Positions 27,496 to 40,200 of a stretch of DNA of 64,000 nt are shown here, piece after piece. The stretch comes from the human T2T-CHM13v2.0 reference genome, Homo sapiens. The notes beneath the pieces are model-generated. The model searched no databases and was not told the origin of the DNA. It was given only the letters and a program-made list of their open reading frames with translations. Each line of letters opens with the position of its first letter. Position 1 is the stretch's first letter. The position numbers were made by a program, and so were the translations under genes. The DNA is taken from assembly GCF_009914755.1 (NCBI RefSeq), contig NC_060940.1. One strand, 5' to 3'.

Positions 27496-29534
27496 GGTTT
27501 GTGTAAGATAATAATTTTTAAACTCAATGATGAACAAAGAAAACCATCTTTCTAGAAAAGCATGCCATGTTACATTAGACATATGAAACTTCCTCCCAGT
27601 TCACAATAAGTACATTCCAGAAAGTTTACACTTTGGGCTAGAATTTGCAATATATTCTTTTTAAAAGCTTCTTAAAATTGGTAAAAAGTTCTCCTCATTC
27701 TAGAGCAGTGTAAGCATAAATCTTTGTATTTTAAAAAGATCCTCAAATGCTTAATTTGTAGTCCCAAATTCTACATCCAACGCCTTTAGGTCACCTATAT
27801 GCTTTTCTGAAGACTGAAAGAAAGGGAATGACAAACTTTTAAAAAACGATTAAAAAGATCTCTTAAAAAACATTTTGCAAGTCTTTGAAGCTGTCATAAA
27901 AATCTTAGGTAGTTTCTGAAAATTGTCCAAATATGGTAGTGTCGCCATAACCAATTGCTCAGCAATCATTACAGACTCTGGGTTAGCTCTGACAAAGGAA
28001 CTAATATTCTGAAAATGAAAGTATCTGAGAACTAAGCACAGGCCGCACAGAACCTGCACGCTGCTTTGGCACTTGCACTACCTCCAGAGACCTTGGGCAG
28101 ATGCACCTGAACTTTCACCAAGCTGCTTGGCCTGTCCTCAAACAGACATGCCAGTGTCTCCTGCACGGGCTAGCTGGGGAGCTAATCTGCTTCACTCACC
28201 TTCCATTTAAGTGAAACCATAATCTACCCCCTGCACCTCCTCCTCAAAAAAAAAAAAAAAAAAAGAAAAAGCCCCATAGTAGTGATGGCAGAACAAGGGT
28301 CCTTTTAGCACAAATTTACACTTACCATGTTCCTCAACTACAAGGTATTTTAATAAAGTTAATCTCCTGATATTTGTGCTAGAAATTGCTGGTATTAAGT
28401 GGCGATTTAGCAGAACACCACTGACCCTTCAGCAAGCTTTGCGCCCAGGAGCTTAAAGCAAACAAGCTATGGCAAACCACCTCCATCCGCCTTCTACCCC
28501 AGCAGAACTCCCTTTGGTATGAAGGTCTTGATATGAAAGATGTTGCACTTCCTTCTTTCTGCCATATGCATTCTTGCAGCAAGAAAAGGTGAAGGACGGG
28601 TACTACTTCCACACCATCCAAAGGCAAATGCCCCATTCACTTGGCAACATCACCCCTTAGAGGGTTCCACTGGGTAATTACAAAATACCTGAGTGGCAAC
28701 TATATGCTGGGCCTAAAGTAAGGCATCAAAAAATTTACCCAAAACCTTTACATCTAGCTCATTGCAGACGCCTAACATAAAAGGGCACCAGGAAAGAGAG
28801 CAGAGATATTTCTAGTTCGGCAGATGTCTGCCAATGCTTTTCTCACATTTTGACCATCATCATAATAATCCCAATGATATAATCATCGATAATAATAATG
28901 TTAGTCATAAAACAAGGGTGACTTTTTAAGAAAGGTTGGGAAGTTGTTTCAAACTGTGCAGGGCTGGTGTCACAGGAAAATGTCAAACTTTCCACTTTAA
29001 CTTCCGTTTTTCAGGCATGAACACTTTGCTTTGGGGGAAATCTTGGCACTATGAGGGCTCAACCTGAGAACAAACTTCAAGTGTGCACCCTGCCTCTTTT
29101 CTGCTCATCTCTCAGTCACCTGGACTCGTTAAAAATACAGAACTCTGGGTCCAGCCAGACTGAAAATCAGCTCTCCCCCCAGCCAACAGTCCAAGCCTGG
29201 ATTTCCACGAAGGCACGCGGCTCTCTTTACAGATTGCAGATTTACATGGTAAAAATAGAAACGTACGGCATCACATGTATATGCAAATTTGCCAACCAAA
29301 CTCAGTGCTGAAAATAGTTATTTACTATTTGGCTTGCATATTGGCCCAGAAAACCTTCCACACCTATTTCATGCTCATTTAAATTCTTTAAGAGTTCCTG
29401 ACCCATTTAAATTCCTTGAGGGATGCCTGGCTTCATAGGCATTTGTCTGCTGCTCTCCCCAGCAGCTTTTAAAGAAATATTGCCTGTCAGTGCAGACTGG
29501 ACTTTGGAAAAAATATCTATTAAAAAAATATTTT

Positions 29535-29603
29535 TAATATATACGGCCCCCCTTTCGTTAGGTCTTTAAGCCATAATATATACGGCCCCGCTTTCCTTAG
29601 GTC
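29535..29603. repeat. 30-bp direct repeat, period 39
   Basis: TAATATATACGGCCCC(C/G)CTTTC(G/C)TTAGGTC at 29535-29564 and 29574-29603, 28/30 identical. Confidence 0.95.
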
Positions 29604-29721
29604 CATTCTGGGCACTGTTTAGCCACGAGTGGCCTTGGACCTAGAATTAGGGCTTCCTTCTTGATAGCTCCTTTAGGTTTAGGGACGAGAATGCCTAAGC
29701 TGTACAGCTGGAAAATAGGGA

Positions 29722-29932
29722 CAGCAGTTTTTCCGAAAATTTGGTCCCTGGACACCTACATCAGAGTCCCCTAGGTGTGGGGAGCAGGGAAGGCTTGTGC
29801 AAAACGCAAGCTCCTGACTCCTCTCTAGAACCGCTGACTCTGAATTTCTGGGAGTGGGACTCTGGATGTTGCTTTTATAGGAAGTTTACCATGGTGATTC
29901 TGGTGGCCTCCAGGGGTGGGGAATCCATTACT
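29722..29932. mobile_element. MER5A-like hAT element
   Basis: 'aaatttggtccctggacacctacatcagagtcccct...ctctgaatttctgggagtgggac...ggtgattct'. Confidence 0.6.
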
Positions 29933-30234
29933 CAGAAACCACCCTGAAATCCTGAAAGTGTGCTGCTCAGGAGCTGGATTCCGCAAGGCCAGAGGGCACC
30001 GCAGGACTCACCACCAAATGAGGGCACTGACGTCCTGCAGGAAGGCGGGAGGTGACTTCCCCAAAGTGACCAGCGCACACTGAGGTCTGCACTGCCATTC
30101 TTTCCAGGAGCAATTCTGGTGCTCACAGAAGGGACCACTGTTCCTAAGGGCAGTGTGGCAAATTATTCCCACTGCACAACTGGCTGAGCCAAAGGGGCAC
30201 CATCTCTGCCCCCATATTTACGGACGATGACTCA

Positions 30235-30430
30235 GTACAGTTTGGGTTCTACAGCACGACAGTGTGTGTTTAAACCCTGGCCCTACCTCCCACTGGCTAC
30301 TTCAGTTTACAGAGGAAATGATAACAGTTCCTACCTAATAAGTTTATTGAGAGATCAAATAAGATCAATATTGATAGGCATCTGGGTGATATGGGCCAAC
30401 TAGTCAGCCCTTAATAAGCAGTAGCTAGCT
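30235..30430 (+). mobile_element. MIR fragment
   Basis: 'gaaatgataacagttcctacctaataagtttattgagagatcaaataagat'. Confidence 0.55.
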
Positions 30431-31938
30431 GGTTTTTCTTTTAAAATACTTTTAAAATACTTTTTAAATACTTTTTTGTTTAAAAACCGTTTAGAATTTA
30501 CAGCATTCCAAAGACTCTCCCCAGAAAGTCTATCTAGGTGAACAGGCAAGTTTGGTTTGGAAAATGAGGTGATGATGCAAAGTGAAGCCTACAGAAACTA
30601 TGGAACCTTCTTAGAAAAGTCCTCTGTACTATCCTCTGCTAGAGAAGGAAGCTGAGGTCACCTGATATTGAAAAGTTGGCCCCACCATCAAGTAGCAGAT
30701 AGTTTCATAGCATAAATTCACTGCCAACTACTTAGTGGGTTCTTGATACATTTGGCAGTATGCTGTTTCTCATCTTCACTCACACATTTATTTGCCACAC
30801 CATTATCCTTGCATGCACACGTGTATATGTGCATGCACACTTGAACAATAATACTTCTTTCACCCACTTTTTTCAGCATAGGCAAAGACGCATCTATTGA
30901 AATATCTATCCAGGCATACATACTGGTGCCTCACATAGATACAGAACTTGCTCAGAGCTACCCACAGACATTCCCACGCATCTTTAACATGTGAAACAAC
31001 CCAGACAGAGGCAAATGCCCACACGTCCACCCGTTCTCACATGGCCGTATCCACAGGCTCCCACACAACCCAGGACACAGCTTTGTGTGCCTCTGCACAA
31101 ACACCCTCGTAGAGACACAACTGCACAAATGCACTCAACATGCCTCTTCCCCGCCTCCTCCCACACAAACGTATCGACGAGTTCTTGGAGTATGGCACAG
31201 ACCTGACTCTCTGGCAAAAAACCAAAAAACAAACAGACAAAAAAACCCTTTGGAAACCCATTAAAAACCGAAGCCAGAAGTGAGCGTCCCCTTCGCGTTA
31301 TGTCAGCAGGCTGCTGACTGTGGGAGCAGGGAGCATGAACACAAACGAACATTCCAGAATCAGCTTTGTTGTCCTCCACGTACTCTGCCTTCCTTTTTTT
31401 TTTTTTTTTTCCTTCAGCAACAACAGAAATCTGTGAAATGACTGAGGGTGGTTAATTAAGCATTGCAGCCCATATTCCACTGCAGTTTCAATTGGATATG
31501 GTGTTCTCTTTCACTTCCTGTTATGCAGGATTGCGGCAGGCTGTTAGACACCTGCCACGCTCCCAGCCCAGCTGCTGTTCAGCTAGGGGCAGAGAGGAAG
31601 CACTCCCGGGCCCTCGGCCTTGAGAGGGTCTCATTCTGCAAACCAGCCCCTTCCCGGTGAGGCGGGGGCTGGCGGGGGAGGCACAGCTGATGTGAGTCCA
31701 CACTGGAAGCTTGAGGACCAGCAGCTGGCGGTAAAGACCTTAGTCCATTGTGAGGGTTGTGGCAGGAGGCCAAGTGTTTTCCCCCAAACCCCCAAACCCT
31801 GAGTCCTGCCATGACCCACGTGTAATTAAAGCTGGAGTGTCTACGCAGGCCGGAAATCAGATGTTATTTTTTGGTTTGCCTGGATCCCTTAGCGTCAGGA
31901 ATCAGACTGCATGCAGAAACATCCACTTGTTTGTTGAG

Positions 31939-32099
31939 CCATTTATTTGCTCATTCATTCATCCACTCATTCTTTCATTCACTCATTCATTTATTCACTC
32001 ATTCATTCATTCACTCATTCTTTCATTCACTCATTCATTTATTCACCCATTCATTCACTCACTCATTCTTTCATTCACTCACTCATTCATTTATTCATC
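31939..32099. repeat. (CATT)n-type microsatellite with 48-bp higher-order period
   Basis: 'cactcattctttcattcactca' recurs at 31964, 32012 and 32060. Confidence 0.9.
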
Positions 32100-32440
32100 A
32101 CCTTGGGAGAACCTCCTATGGGTTAGCTTCTCTGTGTTAGGCAGTCACCAAACAGACAAGGCACATTTTAATTTTAATAAAGCTAGCTAACCCTCCTCAT
32201 CGTAGCTCCGATTTATTGAGAACCCATTATGTGCCAAACAACATGTGCCATACCAGTGAGCTCCAGCACCCTTTATTTAACAAAACTACTCCCAGTTCCT
32301 TGGGGATATTTTTCACTGCTTGTAATTACTCTGTTTTTATCAGAAAACAGAGAGGAAGGCATTGGAGGGAGGGCAGAGGGAGGGTGAAGGGGAAGCAGGG
32401 GAGGAGTGGACTCCAGGCTTCTTCAAGGAGATGATGACAG

Positions 32441-32908
32441 TGATGGATTAATGATGCTCACAAGTTCTTTGATGCTTCTGCCATCAAGAGGTGGGGTGTG
32501 TATCTCCTCCCCTTGAGCCTGGGCTGACCTGCTTTGACTAATAGTGTACAGTGAAAGTCACACCATCGCCATTTCTGATATTTCAAGGCAGTTTCTATTT
32601 CCTTTCTCTTGGAGATCTGAGTTGCTACATCCTAAGCCGGTTACATAAGAATCCCGAGGCTGCCATGCTGTGAGGAGGTCCAAGCTGCTACGTGGGGAGG
32701 CCATGTGGACAGAGAGTGAGCTGCCTATTCAGCCCCCAGCCCTTGGGAGTCATCACAGTTTAGCTCCATACATCACTGAACAAAGCAAAGTCACCTCTGC
32801 TGAGCCCTGTGTGAATTCCTGACACGTGAAATTTTGAGATACAGTAATAATCAATTATTTTAAACCATTAAGTTTTGGGAAGGTGTTGTTATATAGAAAT
32901 AGATAATA
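32441..32908 (+). mobile_element. MLT1G/H-like solo LTR
   Basis: 'ttctttgatgcttctgccatcaagaggtgggg...ctgccatgctgtgagga...ttaagttttgggaaggtgttgttatatagaaatagataa'. Confidence 0.8.
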
Positions 32909-32929
32909 AGCTTATTGACTGAGTAGTGG

Positions 32930-33780
<851 letters not shown>

Positions 33781-33789
33781 ACTTGATTA

Positions 33790-34075
33790 ATTCGCAGAAC
33801 ACTTATAGGCTTCTAGGCTATTCTGGCACCTGTGCCTTATACTACGGGCGGATGAGTGTGTCATGGCTGTGACCATCAGACAAGACCTTCCACTGTGGCC
33901 ATATGGTTATCATGACAGCTTTGCAAAGCAGCCTGAATGGGGCACTTGTTGACCATTTTAGGGATGTGGAAACTGTGGCTGAGAGAAGTCAAATCATTCT
34001 TCCAAGGTGTCACAACTCATGAGAAAACAGAGGGAGGGATGCATCCAAGTGCTCAGAGTCCAAAGTTTGTTCTCT
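33790..34075 (-). mobile_element. MIR
   Basis: 'ccattttagggatgtggaaactgtggctgagagaagtcaaatcattcttccaaggt'. Confidence 0.6.
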
Positions 34076-34128
34076 TAGGCAGGCTGTCCCCTCAGGGATG
34101 AACAAAAGGCAGGATGTTTGTTTGTGTA

Positions 34129-34442
34129 TTTTTTTTTTTTTTTTTTTTTTTTCTGTGAGACGGAGTCTTGCTCTGTCACCTGGCTGGAGTGCAGTGGCGT
34201 GGTGCAGTCTCAGCTCACTGCAACCTCCACCTCCTGGATTCAAGCGATTCTCCTGCCTCAGCCTCCTGAGTAGTTGGGACTACAGGCGCCTGCCACCACG
34301 CCCAACTAATTTTTGTATTTTTAGTAGAGACGGGGTTTCACCATGTTGGCCAGGCACTGGTCTCTATATCTTGACCTTGTGATCCACCCACCTCGGCCTC
34401 CCAAAGTGCTGGGATTACAGGCCTGAGCCACTGTGCTCAGCC
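34129..34442 (-). mobile_element. Full-length Alu (AluSc-like)
   Basis: Long poly-T, both arms. Confidence 0.96.
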
Positions 34443-35064
34443 TGTATATCTTCTTAAAATCCCAAGTCCAAAACCCCATGGGAGGGAAGCTACTTCCAAT
34501 CAGATAAAAGAGTTGTCTCCTGGGAGGCTTAGAACAGAGGGCAGAGGATGCCAACAACACCGAGCTTTTATCTGATGAGAGATATAGCCAGGCTTTTCAT
34601 ATTAATTTCCCATAAATCATACGGGCTCTGCGGCAAATTATCTTTCCCCAGGACTAGTTACATGGGTCATCGAGTCAATGCCCAAGATGAAGAAGCCTTT
34701 TCTTTCTGAATACCCTTTGGGTTCAAAAAGGTAACAGAGGTCTGAGAGTCAGAATCATCTTTTTAGAGAGAGTTTAACCACGGGGAACTGAGTTTTAATC
34801 CAGGGACAGCTGTCCCAAGAGCCTGTGTGCTTAACCATGCTGCGACGTGTGTGTACATTATCTAATCCAGAGTAAAACAGAGTAAAAGTCACAAGATTTG
34901 GGCTGGGGGGTTGGCTACATGGAGCAGATCATCCTGTTGGTCTATTACATAAAACGGGTGTGCTTTGAGACACTGTGTGATCTGTCTGTTCCGTGCAACA
35001 GCTTCCAATGATGCCTCATTTTTTCCTTTGGAATCTAGAATACCGTCCAACTCCCAGGGCGAAT

Positions 35065-35295
35065 TTGGTGTTTCTCAAATTGTTGACCTTGAATCAACTG
35101 CATTAGAGTCACTGAGGCTGGTCCTCCATGAGAAAGCACCCTCAGTTAAAAATGCAGATTCCCAGTCTCTACCCCCAAAATGGCCTCAACCAGACTTTCT
35201 GTGGATAGGGTCTGGAAATTCCAATTTTACATGCTTCCTCCGAGATGTGATGCTTATTCACAATGACAATCGAGGACCATGGGGAAGAAACACTA
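35065..35295. mobile_element. MER5 hAT fragment
   Basis: 'gtgtttctcaaa...gttaaaaatgcagattcccag...ttttacatgcttcctc'. Confidence 0.6.
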
Positions 35296-35469
35296 AATGC
35301 CCCATTACGAATGCTCGAGTGTAGTCAGGTCTGTGAAGAGACTGCTTTTTTCCACATCTCCCATAGGACCCATTACAAATCACAGAAGCCCTGCTTGTGG
35401 AAGCCCCGCTTGTGGAAGCCCCTGCATTTAGGAAATGGGGCCGTCGTCTGCTGGTCTGCTTCAAGCTCT

Positions 35470-35909
35470 CTTCCCTCTCCTACAGAGCATAGGAGTGGAG
35501 GGCAGGGAGGTGACCACTGGGAATGACATTTCCTGGCTTCCCCAAATCCCTTGCCAACTGGCTTCCTGTAGGTTTGGACAGTGGGAGGTGCTGGTGGGAG
35601 GGACGGAGAAGCCAGGGAACTTCTCTCCTCTCCTTCAGGTGTCATGTCACCTTGTTGGTTCAAGTTTCCATTGTACAGCCACTTTTCCTCTGCCCAGATC
35701 TCCTGCTTTTGGATTCTGGCTCTAAAGCATGATACTCTCCAGCGGGTAGTGGCTTCCTGAATTTCCTTGTTTCTGAGTCTCCTTACCTTTTCCTCTTTTC
35801 CTTTTTAGCACTCCTAAGACCTTTGTAACTAGTTGCTCATATTAAGTTTCCTCCTCTGAACCTATCTGGGGGTGAGTTCTGTTTTCCAGACTCTACTCTG
35901 ACCTATGCA
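35470..35909 (+). mobile_element. LTR33/LTR41-like (ERVL) fragment
   Basis: 'tggcttcctgtaggtttggacagtgggagg...ggtagtggcttcctg...ttctgttttccagactctactctgacctatgca'. Confidence 0.55.
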
Positions 35910-36407
35910 GGGAGAAACACAGTAAAAGTTGTCATACAAATGACTAGCCAGCTACCCATGAGTTATTGGGTACCTCTGGTGGGCCAAATATGGCGCTAAA
36001 AACTTTAGATATATTATATTAGATATATTATTTATTCATTCAAAAGTATATATTGAGTACATACTAGATGGTAGGAACTGAGCTAGAAATTAGGTTTACA
36101 ATGGGAACAAGAGGTTGTGGTCCCAGCCCTCACAGGGTATCACCTCTCCTGGTGAAGGCTCACCTTGCATAGAGAATTGCAGGTGTGATGTGTGGGTCAC
36201 TGCAGAGAACTGGATGGTTCTCATGAGGGTACAACAGTAGGGCCTGGCTCCATTCAGCAAGTGGCATCGTCCCTCTTTCAAACAGACGAGGAAACTGAAG
36301 CTTAGAATAGGAAAGATGACATCTTAAAGGTATATATACCCTAGAACATTCTCATCCTTAAAAAGAAGACACTGGGACAAGGTTTTCCAAGCAGAAGCTG
36401 TAGGGAA

Positions 36408-36824
36408 TATTGTGGGTTGAATCGCATCTCTAAGAAGACATGTTGAAGTCATAACCATTGGTAGCTGTGCATGTGATCTTATTTGGAAATAGTGTCTTTG
36501 CTGATGTGATCAAGTTAGGGAGAAGACATACTGGATTAGGGTGAGCCCTAAATCCAGTGATTACACACAGACATACAGGGAAAAGGCCATGTAATGATAG
36601 AAGCAGAGATTGGGGTGATGTAGCTGCAAGCCAAGAAATTGATGGCAACCACCAGAAGCTAGTTAGAGGCAAGGAAATTCTTTTCCGAGAGCCTGAAGAG
36701 GGAGGATGGCCCTGCCAACACCTTACTATTCAACTTCTGGCCTCTAGAACTGAGAAAGAGTAAATTTCTTTTGTAAGTAACTCAGTTGTGGTACTTGGTT
36801 GTGGCAGTCCTAGGAAACTCACAC
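36408..36824 (+). mobile_element. MLT1B/C-like solo LTR
   Basis: 'tgtgatcttatttggaaatagtgtctttgctgatgtgatcaagttagg...gcagtcctaggaaactcacaca'. Confidence 0.88.
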
Positions 36825-36864
36825 AGGTAGAGAGAAAGAACTCAGAAGTATGTATTACCAATAT

Positions 36865-37503
36865 AGTCAGAGGCATTTGAACCAGGCAACTCCATCTTGA
36901 ATAGGGGCTGGTCACAATGAGGTTGAGACCTATGGGGCTGCATTCCCGGGAAGTTAGGCATTCTAAGTCACAGGATGAGATACAAGGTTAGCACAAGATA
37001 CAGGGTACAAAGACCTTGCTGATAAAACAAGATGCAGTAAAGAAGCCATCCAAAACCCACCAAAACCAAGATGGCGATGATAGTAACCTCTGGTCGTCCT
37101 CACTGCTCATTATATGCCAATTATAATGCATTAGCATGCTAAAGACACTCCCATCAGCACCATGGCAATTTACAAATGCCCAAATGCCATGGCAACATAA
37201 GAAAGTTACCCTATAATGGTCTAAAAGGGTAGGAACCCTCAGTTCTGGGAGTTGCCCACCCCTTTGCCAGAAAACTCATGAATAGTCTACTCCTTGTTTA
37301 GCATATAATCAAGAAATAACTATAAATATACTCAAATGAGTAGCCCATGCCACTGCTTTGCCTATGGAGTAGCCATTCTTTTATTCCTTTACTTGCTTAA
37401 TAAACTTGCTTTCACTTTACCCTATGGACTGGCCCTGAGTTTTCTTGCGTGAGGTCCAAGAACCCTCTCTTGGGGTCTGGATCAGGATTCCTTTCTGGTA
37501 ACA
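36865..37503 (+). mobile_element. MER41B-like solo LTR (ERV1), full length
   Basis: ~640 bp from 'gtcagaggcatttgaacc' to 'ggggtctggatcaggattcctttctggtaaca'; internal CAAGATGGCG and AATAAA; no PBS downstream. Confidence 0.9.
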
Positions 37504-38120
37504 ACACCAACTCCTGGGGTGTCCCAGGCCTGATGCTGAGCCACCCCAATAAGACTCCAAACAATAGGGGTGCCCAAAACAGAGTCTACAGAGGATGGAT
37601 TAAGGGACCTCACTCCCATGGGCAAAGCCAGTTCTACAAACATTCTTGAAACAAATGGAATTATTTTCTGGAAACAGAGAAGAGAAAATGAAACTGAATT
37701 CTAGTTTAAAAAATGCCTATTATGTAATATACACTTTCTATATGTTACATTTTTGCACATAATATGTAATATACTGCTTTTTCCTTACAAGAAACTTGGA
37801 GGTATATGCAATGATCAATGTTTGTCAAATGAGTGATGCTAGACACCCACATCACAGAGCTAGGAAATTGCTCAGTGAGGTCAGACCCCACGACTTATGT
37901 TCTTTGCACCCTGGCCTGCTATTCCAGAACTCAGATGACCACTCTTTTTCTCCCAACTCTTACATTAGTCTTGGTTGGTGTTCACCTAGTAGAAATTGTG
38001 CATAGTAGTGTGTCTGTGAAGGGGAAAGGCAACTTTATCAGAGCATCCCATTGTTGGATGCTAGAAACAAGAACCACCTTTTCTTGTGCCAGTCTATAAT
38101 TTCTCACTGGCTTCTAAATG

Positions 38121-38123
<3 letters not shown>

Positions 38124-38163
<40 letters not shown>
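38124..38163. repeat. (GA)n microsatellite
   Basis: Direct observation. Confidence 0.95.
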
Positions 38164-38859
38164 GAGAAAAGCAGGCTTTGTCTCTATCTGAGAATGTGAT
38201 CAGACAATTTCAGTCCCATGTACTCCACGGTTGGTAGGTTACTGCCTGGATGGGGCCCAGTGGAGAGATTTTCCCCACAGATTTGCTGTAATAAGGTAAG
38301 ATACCACGATTGTGCAAGAGGCAGTGGCCCCCAGGGTAATTAAGATTCCATCACAATCTACCTGGTAATCTACTGAACCTTCTGCACGAGTGTTCTGAGG
38401 TAATTCTGAAGGGACTTGAATTCAGGGACAAAGCAACATCTCAGCTTCTTTGGGGATAATGTCAGGGTCATTCTTTGAATATCAAGAGCTCCTGAGTCAT
38501 GCAATCCTTCCCATGAACTTTTCTTGATATCCTTCCTCTTAGACTCTTGTATATGTGTCCTTTTTCCTTGAGCAAAGAATAGAATTGGGGAACTATGACA
38601 ATCATTGCTGTTAGAGTTAAACTGTCTATAAAAGACTGTTTCTTTGATCAATAGGGCTTGTTTGTAGTTCCTCTCCTTCAAGACAAGCTCTTGACTACGT
38701 GTGATCAAGAGTGAGTGTGGGCTACCTTGCGTCAGTCACTGTCTCCAACTGACAAGGTGGGAAGCTGGCTCAGATGCTCCCTAGTTCATGCCACTGATAG
38801 AATTTGAAGCTGTCTTGGAATTAATTGTTACCGTATTGTAATCCCTGGGAAATATTTAC

Positions 38860-39045
38860 GTAGGTATACTATTATCAGGAAGTAGTATCTTATTTGATCC
38901 TTGACTCAAATGCTTTTAGGTAAATATTCTTAATAGTTTACAGAGGAAATTAGCTTCAGAGAGCTTAAGGAACTCACCACTATCATGCTAGATAGTGGGA
39001 GAAGGAGGAGTCAAATGCAGGTTTATCTAGTTCCAAAGTCTGCAC
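38860..39045 (-). mobile_element. MIR
   Basis: 'tttacagaggaaattagcttcagagagcttaaggaactcacc'. Confidence 0.6.
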
Positions 39046-39525
39046 TGGTTGCACAGGGCCAACTCTCTATCCAGCATTGAGCAACCTCAACCGAGTAAGG
39101 GATCAAACCACAACCAAACTACAACAGCATGGCATCAACTCAGCTTAAAAGAATCAACTGAACTGCTCAGCTGGCATTCCAGACATGGAACAAGGAACAA
39201 AGAAGGAGGGTTTCTCATGTTTCCATCAGTTGTCACAGTTCTGCAAAGATAGGCATCGTTCTCCCCTTGAAAACAGTCTACTTCCCCCTAGAGCAGGTTA
39301 CAAGAAAAAGGTTGTTAATAATGCTAGAAGCTAATGCAGCAAAAGTAATTCTCTCTAAATATACTTTTTTTGGGGGTGGGGGAGGGGGCAGGGGGCTGTC
39401 TATAAATAAGACAAATGAAATCACTGGGTTAGATATTTGAAGCTATTGAGGTCCTCAAGAGCTTCAGCCCACACTCCTTGCTGCGTTTTCAACCAGTCTT
39501 TGGAGCTGTTTACACACCAGGGGAA

Positions 39526-39925
39526 TGATAAAAGAAAAATTTCAGCCAAATTAAATGTAAAGGAGTTTAATGGAGCAATGAATGATTCGTGAATCGGGCG
39601 GCCTTCTGAGTCCGGGTAGGCTCAGAAACTTTAGCACAGCCACGTGGTGGAAGAAGATTTATGGAGCGAAAAGGGAAAGTGATGTGCAGAAAATGGAAGT
39701 GAGGTACAGAGAAAGCCAGATTGGTTACAGCTCGGTGTTTGCCTTATTTGAACATGGTTTGAACAGTTGGCACATTTGGTTGGCCAAAACTCAGTGATTG
39801 GCACATGTGTGGGCTACTGTCTGTTTACACCTCCACTTGTTATAGTTCATGATGCACAGAAAAGCCTTTAGGCTGAACTTAAATTATGTAATGAGGCAGC
39901 TTTTAGGCTAAATTTGTTAACTTAA
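39526..39925 (-). mobile_element. MER57-family solo LTR (ERV1)
   Basis: 'aaaatttcagccaaattaaatgtaaaggagtttaatggagcaatgaatgattcgtgaatcgggc...gattggttacagctcgg'. Confidence 0.75.
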
Positions 39926-40009
39926 CCTGACCAGGTTTAATGCAAATGAGCCCTAAGACATATTCTCGTTGGAGAAGGTGTCACAAAGCAGGGTCTCCCA
40001 CTGGGCAGT

Positions 40010-40200
40010 GGCAGAGACCCTTACTGGGGGCTTCCCTGTGTGTCAGGCACAGTGGTAAGTGGTCCACAAGAACTTTTCCCTATTTTAATTCTCCCAGTGG
40101 CTCCTAAGGCAGGGGCTGTTGGCAGTCCCGTTTCACAGATGAGAAACTGAAGCCACGTTCTTTGCCCAAGGCATTTAGGACAAGAATCAGCAATGTTTGC
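40010..40200 (-). mobile_element. MIR
   Basis: 'tcccgtttcacagatgagaaactgaagc...ttgcccaagg'. Confidence 0.65.

Noticed and set aside
28246-28270. Orphan poly-A tract as a retrocopy tail
   Set aside because: No upstream poly(A) signal, element body or TSD visible
30780-31210. CA-rich degenerate stretch with overlapping ORFs
   Set aside because: Decayed low-complexity sequence without regular period or coding signal
31750-32190. 146-aa ORF with repeated HSFI motif
   Set aside because: Translation of the (CATT)n repeat
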